From contig CBFGJV010000036.1 in the NCBI GenBank assembly GCA_965649205.1, positions 1 through 13,202 on the forward strand: DNA of 13,202 nt, read 5' to 3'. Positions 7,783 to 13,202 of the stretch are shown here, one piece after another; the first letter of the stretch is position 1, and each line of letters begins with the position of its first letter. The translations under genes were made by a program, and so were the position numbers. Source of the stretch: a candidate division WOR-3 bacterium (GTDB lineage Bacteria > Hydrothermota > Tepidihabitantia > Tepidihabitantales > Tepidihabitantaceae). Below the pieces are notes generated by a model that was given only the letters and a program-made list of their open reading frames with translations, made no database searches and had not been told where the DNA came from.

Positions 7783-8604
7783 ATGTCACAAAATATCTCT
7801 GGTAATTCCATTATTTTTCTGGGGTCGGGCGGCGCGCGTATCGTTGTGGCTAGACAGCTACGGGCGTCGGGCGGCATCTGGTTGTCGCTGGGCGGTACCG
7901 AACTCCTAGTTGACCCGGGTCCAGGTTCTCTGGTGCGAATTACTAGCAGCAGACATCGTCTGGACCCTTCACGTCTGGCAGGCATCCTGCTTTCGCACAG
8001 ACACCTTGATCATGCCGGCGATGTGAACAATATGATAGAAGCTATGACTCTAGGTGGTACCGAACCGCGGGGTGTACTTTTTGCTCCCCGGGATGCTCTG
8101 GAGGGCGACGATCCCGTGGTATTGCGTTACTTGCGTGGATTTTTGCATCAGATAGTTGTCCTCAGTGAGGGGAATACTTACAGATTGGGGAATGTGGAGT
8201 TTTCTTGTCCGGTTAGGCACAAACACAGGGGAGAAGTGTACGGCTTCAGATTCAGTACTCCCGCTTTAACTCTCTCCTATGTGGCAGACACCGCCTACTT
8301 TCCGGAGTTGGCGCAGTACTATCGGGCAGACGTAGTAGTGCTCAACGTGGTGCGACTTAAACCATCCAACCTCGACCATTTACATGTTTCTGAAGCTGAG
8401 GAGCTAATTCGTGCGATGCGGCCGCGGTTAGCGATACTGACCCATTTCGGGATGACGATGCTCAAAGCTAAGCCTTGGGAGGTAGCCAGAAAAGTTTCAG
8501 AGCATACCGGGGTTGAGACGATTGCAGCCTCCGATGGACGAAAAATAGATCTGGATGCGGTGGCTTCCGGCGAGTGGTTTTCCCGCAAGGAGATGTTAGC
8601 GTGA
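7783..8604 (+). CDS. MBL-fold metallo-hydrolase (RNase Z/PhnP/YycJ-like, Lactamase_B_2 type)
   Basis: Motifs FLGSGG, LVDPGPG, HRHLDH (HxHxDH), HKH, YVADT, DHL and LTHF. ATG 7783 is preferred over TTG 7756 because the latter lies inside the promoter. Confidence 0.9.
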   Translation: MSQNISGNSIIFLGSGGARIVVARQLRASGGIWLSLGGTELLVDPGPGSLVRITSSRHRLDPSRLAGILLSHRHLDHAGDVNNMIEAMTLGGTEPRGVLFAPRDALEGDDPVVLRYLRGFLHQIVVLSEGNTYRLGNVEFSCPVRHKHRGEVYGFRFSTPALTLSYVADTAYFPELAQYYRADVVVLNVVRLKPSNLDHLHVSEAEELIRAMRPRLAILTHFGMTMLKAKPWEVARKVSEHTGVETIAASDGRKIDLDAVASGEWFSRKEMLA

Positions 8605-10229
8605 GTGCGGCACAGACCTTACGGCGGCCGGTGCGAGTTCTTTCTGAAGACACGATTAGACGTATCGCCGCCGGAGAAGTGATTGTCAGACCAGCAGCGG
8701 CTGTTAAGGAACTTGTTGAAAATTCGTTGGATGCGGGATCTACCGACATTAGGGTTGAAGTAAAGGATGGGGGGCGGAGTTTGATTCGGGTGATAGATAA
8801 CGGGGTGGGGATGACGCGGGACGATGCCCGGTTGGCAGTTACGCGGCATGCTACCAGCAAGCTGACAAATATTGAAGACTTGCACAACCTGAGCACTTTT
8901 GGTTTCCGGGGAGAAGCTCTGGCTGCCATAGCGGCGGTGTCCCGGCTCACCGTGGAGACCAACGTGGAGGAGTCTGCACCCGGTACCAGGCTTGAAGTAG
9001 AAGCAGGGGAAATAAGAGAGATAGCCGAAACAGCTCATCCGCAGGGGACAACGGTTACTGCCCGGGCTCTTTTTTACAACTTACCGGCGCGTCGCAGTTT
9101 TCTCAAATCGGACAGCTACGAATTTAAGCTAGTGGTGGAGGTTGTGCGTCAGTACGCAATCTCTAGACCCGATATTGCGTTTGAGCTGGTAGCTGATGGG
9201 CGCAGGCTGTTCCGTCTGCCGCCGGTGATAGATACTGAGAAACGGCTTGCTGAACTGTTTGAGAAGCAGACTGTCCAGGGGCTTATCAAGGTGGTGGCGA
9301 ATAACCCTTTGCTTACTTTGGTAGGTTGGGTTAGCGAGCCTTCCCAAGTGCGGAAGTTTTACGAGGTGCAGAATGTTTACTTCAATGGCAGGCCGGTACG
9401 TAGCCGCACGGTGGTGCGAGCGGTCTACGACGCCTATGGCCCGATTCTCGGCGAGTCCAATCCCAACTTTATTATGTTTCTTTCCACTGATCCGGCCCGA
9501 CTGGATGTCAACATTCATCCTACTAAACAGGAAGTGCGTTTTGCGGATGAGAGGTTTCTGTTCGATTTTGTCTCTGAGGCGGTCCGCAAGTCTTTGGGTC
9601 TGAGTGGAAAAGAGATTTCCCTTGCCGCGGATGACGTTTTATTTCAGCACAGTCTGGGGTTTGACCAAAACGATCAAGTCCAAAACTTCTGGCAGATACA
9701 CAATTCTTACATTTTGGCGCAGGTGGCCACCGGTTATGTTATTGTGGACCAACACGCCGCTCACGAGAGAGTGATATTTGAAGAGTTGACCAATCGACGC
9801 AGACAGGTTGCCTATCAGGGTTTGCTTTTTCCTGTAGTGTTGAATCTTACGCCGGAGCAGTTCGAGGTGTACGAACGTTCCGCAGAACAGTTGTCCGCTT
9901 TTGGCATTCAGGCTAAGGTGTTCAGCGGCCATTCAGTGGTAGTTGAATCTGTACCGGCCGGCTCCTATATGGGCAAACAGGAATTGGAGGAGTTTTTTGG
10001 CGAGTTGGCCGCAACCGCGACAGGTAAGGCGGTTCCTGAACTGGAGCTGGCTAAATTGATAGCCTGCAAGAGTGCTATTAAGGCCGGACAACGTCTTACC
10101 CAACCGGAAATGGAGTCGTTGTTCAACCGGCTATTCGCTTGCGCCACGCCCGGTTTCTGTCCTCACGGCAGACCTACTATTATCCGGGTATCTTTGGAGG
10201 AGTTGAATCGTAGGTTCGGTCGGACATAG
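8601..10229 (+). CDS. mutL: DNA mismatch repair endonuclease MutL (542 aa)
   Basis: GTG start overlapping the upstream TGA (GTGA), with AAGGAG RBS. GHKL ATPase motifs IAAGEV, VKELVENSLDAG, DNGVGM, HATSK, TFGFRGEALAAI and DVNIHPTKQEV. C-terminal motifs DQHAAHERVIFEE, ACK and CPHGRP. Confidence 0.98.
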   Translation: MSAAQTLRRPVRVLSEDTIRRIAAGEVIVRPAAAVKELVENSLDAGSTDIRVEVKDGGRSLIRVIDNGVGMTRDDARLAVTRHATSKLTNIEDLHNLSTFGFRGEALAAIAAVSRLTVETNVEESAPGTRLEVEAGEIREIAETAHPQGTTVTARALFYNLPARRSFLKSDSYEFKLVVEVVRQYAISRPDIAFELVADGRRLFRLPPVIDTEKRLAELFEKQTVQGLIKVVANNPLLTLVGWVSEPSQVRKFYEVQNVYFNGRPVRSRTVVRAVYDAYGPILGESNPNFIMFLSTDPARLDVNIHPTKQEVRFADERFLFDFVSEAVRKSLGLSGKEISLAADDVLFQHSLGFDQNDQVQNFWQIHNSYILAQVATGYVIVDQHAAHERVIFEELTNRRRQVAYQGLLFPVVLNLTPEQFEVYERSAEQLSAFGIQAKVFSGHSVVVESVPAGSYMGKQELEEFFGELAATATGKAVPELELAKLIACKSAIKAGQRLTQPEMESLFNRLFACATPGFCPHGRPTIIRVSLEELNRRFGRT

Positions 10230-10301
10230 GGAGTAAGAATTTGAACCCGAAAGTTCAGCTGCAAAAACTGGTTGCAAGGTGCGGGAAGTTTCTCTGAGAC
10301 A

Positions 10302-11213
10302 ATGAAGGTTCTGGTGCTGACCGGTCCGACGGGCACAGGGAAGACCGAAGTTGCGGCCATTTTGGCTGAACGGCACGGATTGGAGGTTATTTCGGCCGAC
10401 TCACGGCAGGTGTATGCTTGGCTTGATTTAGGTACGGCCAAACCCGGACCAGAACTCAGACAGAAGGTCAAGTTCCACATGATTGACCTGGTAGAACCGC
10501 ACCGTATCTATTCCGCCGCAGATTACGCACGAGATGCTCTGGCAGTAATGCGTCGTTTGCAGAGAGAGGGGAGACGGTTCATTGTCGTCGGTGGTTCGGG
10601 TTTGTATATTCGTGCCTTGTTCGAACCCTTTTTTGAGGTTCCCAAGCCGACACCGGAGCTGAGAAAGAAGTTGGCTGCTCTCAGTCCGCAAGAGGCATAC
10701 GCCAGGCTGAAAGAAATAGACCCGGAGCGTGCCGCTCAGTTGCATCCGCACGATGTGCAGCGTATTACCAGAGCGCTTGAAATATGGGAGCTCACCGGTA
10801 AAACTGTCACTGAGCTTGCCCGCAGCCGAAAAGAAGGCAGAGAGTTTGAGCCGAGGTATGTTGTTCTCACCCTGCCCCGTAGCCGTCTAGCGGAGACGCT
10901 GGACAGGCGATTTGATAAGATGTTGGAAGCGGGTTTACTCGAAGAGGTGAGAAGATTGAAAGAATCCGGCTTCGGGAAAGATTTCTATGTCGCCAATGCT
11001 TACGGTTATGCGGAGTTGCTTTCCTATTTTGATGGTGAGATAAGCTTTGAAGAAGCGGTGAAACTCGCCAAGGCCAAGACCCGTGCTTATGCTCGCCGGC
11101 AGTTAACCTGGTGTCGTCGTCTGCCAGATGCCTTCTGGCTGGAAGCCGGTTGCCCAGAGGAAACAGCGGCTAAAATTGAGCCAGTGCTGCAGACAGTATT
11201 AGATAATCAGTAA
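10302..11213 (+). CDS. miaA: tRNA dimethylallyltransferase
   Basis: P-loop GPTGTGKT, then SADSRQVY, LGTAKP, VGGSGLY, HPHDVQRITRALE and TRAYARRQLTW. Conserved mutL-miaA gene order. The ATG at 10302 matches the usual N-terminus (MKVLVLTGPT). Confidence 0.97.
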   Translation: MKVLVLTGPTGTGKTEVAAILAERHGLEVISADSRQVYAWLDLGTAKPGPELRQKVKFHMIDLVEPHRIYSAADYARDALAVMRRLQREGRRFIVVGGSGLYIRALFEPFFEVPKPTPELRKKLAALSPQEAYARLKEIDPERAAQLHPHDVQRITRALEIWELTGKTVTELARSRKEGREFEPRYVVLTLPRSRLAETLDRRFDKMLEAGLLEEVRRLKESGFGKDFYVANAYGYAELLSYFDGEISFEEAVKLAKAKTRAYARRQLTWCRRLPDAFWLEAGCPEETAAKIEPVLQTVLDNQ

Positions 11214-11257
11214 ACTAGGGAACGAAAATTTGCGGGCAGGGCTATTTTTCGGTCGGA

Positions 11258-12910
11258 CTAGAAGATGACTAGGCGAGTGCATGTCCGTAATACGCCGTCG
11301 CTTTTGAGGAAGTAGGTGCCAGCAGGCACCGAAGAGAGATTCAGCTTCAAGGTCTGAGACCGCGCGTCCACCCGGTTTTCAAACAGCGTTCGACTGAGGC
11401 GGCCGTCAGCACTGTACAGCCGAATAGATAACATCCCCGCCGCGTAGGGTTCCAAAGCGATCGTGAGCTGATTTCGGGATTGAGGCAAAGCAGAGAGAAT
11501 TCCGCGATATCGGGAACGAGAAAAAGCTGGTTCGTTTGTTCCCACGGCGGAAATGAGTATTTTCGTTTCGTAGGGAACGTGATTTTTGGCTGTAACTGTT
11601 AACTCCATCAATCCTTCTTCGTAAGGACAGATGGAAAGTGCCACCTGTCCATTTTCATCGGTTGTACCATGTACATATACGGTGGAATCTTTCTGCAGGC
11701 ATACCAGTGCGTTGGCCACCGGAACACCGTTCTCTTCAAGGACGCTTACCCAGAAGTCCACTGGGGCAGGAGGAATAATAGAATCGTAGAATACTTGCAT
11801 GCTTCGGGGTTCATCGGTCCAGCAGTACATCTCCGGGTCTCCAAAGAGGTTGAATCCTTCGTACTCTTTTTGGTTGGCGAACAGACGGTATATGTTTTCC
11901 TTGCCCGCCAGCACGGCATAGCCCAAGGTCAAGCTTTCCTGAAAGATACCGCTGAAGAAACCGCGCATCATAGCTGACCTGATGCGAGAAGTGTAGTGCT
12001 GAGTATAAGAGTTACCTATAAAAGCTACGGCGCCTTTGGGAACTTGGGGTGTACCAGCTTTGAGCCAGGCATCACCAATCATGGATTCGTTCGGGGTGAG
12101 GGTAAGGGTAGCGCAGGTAAAGGAGCCGACGATCGGGAGTTTGTATCCGTTAGCTAGCAAATCAACATTGAGCGCAAATGGTGCGCGCCAGTTGCCTACG
12201 GCTGATCCTCTATAAACCAGAAAACTGCATCCTTTGTTGACAGACTCCACAATGTCTTTTGCGCTGTCACCGAAAATGGTGGAGATAGTTTCTATCTGAG
12301 CGTAACCCGCAGACCGCCAGAGTTCGGTAAGAAAGCCGGCATCATTCCAATAGACCGTATCGCCTGCGTCGCCGTCCGGCCTGATGATCATCGTTCCGGA
12401 CTTGTACCATAGACTCTCGGCCAGAAAAGGCACCCGTTCATAGCCCAATATTTTATTGACCATGGTGCTGCATTGGCGTGGGTTCTTCGCCGGAAGCCGA
12501 CCATAGGCCAGCTCGGCACGGTAGTCGCCGGACAGATTGGCATACCCGTTGTCTGTGTAGTAGTTGTTTCCCCGGCGCAGGCTGGGAAGCAGATTTGGAC
12601 TGCCGACGAGAAGTAGGTATTCGGGCCGGGGCTGCCAGATTCGATAGGCGTTAGCGATGAAGTTCTTGATTCTGGTCGTGTCCGTTCCTATTTGAGACAG
12701 CCTCACCAGCTTGGTCTCGATCCCCTTTTTGGTTTTCCATTCGGCCAGAGGGCGGACGATAGAATAGAGTGTGTCGTGGGCAATGATCAGATACCTTGCT
12801 CCGTCGCCAGCCTGTGCTCCAGTTGTAATAAGTAGTACTATCCCCAATACCCGAGAAATCCACTTTCGCAGTGCAAAGTTTTGCATCTTTGTATTCATAG
12901 ACCGGGCCAT
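11258..12910 (-). CDS. Peptidase C25 (gingipain-family) protein without propeptide, with C25_C Ig domain and T9SS-type CTD
   Basis: ATG at 12910 with GAGG upstream and downstream of the promoter; later Met starts are possible. Signal peptide ending AQA-G. Motifs YLIIAHD, WKTKKG, EYLLLVG, GRLP, KILGYE, GDAWLK..KGAVAFIG and FNLFGDPEM. CTD motifs LYSADGR and VPAGTYFL. Confidence 0.9.
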   Translation of the reverse strand: MARSMNTKMQNFALRKWISRVLGIVLLITTGAQAGDGARYLIIAHDTLYSIVRPLAEWKTKKGIETKLVRLSQIGTDTTRIKNFIANAYRIWQPRPEYLLLVGSPNLLPSLRRGNNYYTDNGYANLSGDYRAELAYGRLPAKNPRQCSTMVNKILGYERVPFLAESLWYKSGTMIIRPDGDAGDTVYWNDAGFLTELWRSAGYAQIETISTIFGDSAKDIVESVNKGCSFLVYRGSAVGNWRAPFALNVDLLANGYKLPIVGSFTCATLTLTPNESMIGDAWLKAGTPQVPKGAVAFIGNSYTQHYTSRIRSAMMRGFFSGIFQESLTLGYAVLAGKENIYRLFANQKEYEGFNLFGDPEMYCWTDEPRSMQVFYDSIIPPAPVDFWVSVLEENGVPVANALVCLQKDSTVYVHGTTDENGQVALSICPYEEGLMELTVTAKNHVPYETKILISAVGTNEPAFSRSRYRGILSALPQSRNQLTIALEPYAAGMLSIRLYSADGRLSRTLFENRVDARSQTLKLNLSSVPAGTYFLKSDGVLRTCTRLVIF

Positions 12911-12928
12911 ATTGCCTCGGTAGTTTTG

Positions 12929-12957
12929 GTTATATCGGCTTTTTCTGGGACTGTCAA
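12929..12957 (-). promoter_or_regulatory. Sigma70-type promoter of the minus-strand C25 gene
   Basis: On the minus strand, TTGACA (12957-12952), 17-nt spacer, TATAAC (12934-12929). The predicted TSS near 12922 leaves a ~12-nt leader containing GAGG before the ATG at 12910. Confidence 0.75.
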
Positions 12958-13172
12958 GCCCTATCCGGAGTAAAACGGTCAGGAGCATTTCAAGAAGAAC
13001 TCTGGTTTAGCAGGAACGGCCGGAGATATAACTGTGTTCTCAGATGTATTATATGCTCTTGGGGGTATGATTCATAAAGATGACGTGGAGACGGGTCGAG
13101 AGTAAGGTGGAATATGGTTCGGCTGGGAGATGGAATCAGGGTGGGACACAGGGGTTTGGCACGGAAATTGAG

Positions 13173-13202
13173 GGGGGAGTGACTCCCCCAGTGACCCCGG
13201 GG
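13173..13202. repeat. Palindrome plus possible start of a 12-bp GTGAC tandem repeat at the window edge
   Basis: GGGGGAGT-G-ACTCCCCC (13173-13189). Consecutive 12-mers GTGACTCCCCCA (13179-13190) and GTGACCCCGGGG (13191-13202). Confidence 0.4.

Noticed and set aside
8574..8600. ORF-track N-terminal extension of mutL
   Set aside because: GTG 8601 has an AAGGAG RBS and a GTGA overlap with the upstream stop.
11214..11257. Possible bidirectional terminator between convergent miaA and C25 genes
   Set aside because: Only a weak, imperfect stem (CGAAAAT...ATTTTTCG) with no GC-rich hairpin plus U-tract.
300..12863. Numerous antisense or alternate-frame ORFs of 60-199 aa in the ORF track
   Set aside because: Nearly all lie within well-supported genes and show no family motifs. 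Such shadow ORFs are expected at this GC content.
12911..12988. ORF-track N-terminal extension of the minus-strand C25 gene
   Set aside because: It overlaps the TTGACA-N17-TATAAC promoter. ATG 12910 has an RBS.
13067..13182. Tiny plus-strand ORFs (12 aa and 22 aa) and TATAAC/TATTAT boxes just upstream in the terminal intergenic region
   Set aside because: No recognisable product and no properly spaced -35 element.
1..13202. CRISPR array, tRNA/rRNA, IS element, integrase or defence system
   Set aside because: No repeat-spacer array, cloverleaf, transposase or recombinase motif was seen.

Overview
Gene-dense bacterial window of roughly 53-55% GC (estimated by eye). The gene content and C-terminal sorting domains suggest an FCB-group diderm such as candidate division WOR-3; this is inference only. 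It has three parts. (1) 1-7720 (+) is a tightly packed cell-surface operon: a 5'-truncated hypothetical protein built from a ~130-aa duplicated domain, an outer-membrane beta-barrel, a lipoprotein with an FN3-like domain and 7 LVIVD repeats, a 1150-aa gingipain-family (peptidase C25) protein with a T9SS-type C-terminal domain (CTD), and a 7-Asp-box YCF48/BNR beta-propeller with a CTD. (2) 7743-11213 (+) has a near-consensus sigma70 promoter whose spacer is occupied by a perfect inverted repeat, followed by an MBL-fold hydrolase, mutL (compact, endonuclease type) and miaA. (3) 11258-12957 (-) is a second C25 protein with a CTD but no propeptide, with its own TTGACA-N17-TATAAC promoter. The most notable observation is that both C25 proteins keep the catalytic Cys but replace the canonical GHG His with RG-W or RG-S. 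The first operon's makeup (barrel, C25, CTD-bearing propeller, lipoprotein) also resembles an uncharacterised counterpart of the T9SS attachment complex.
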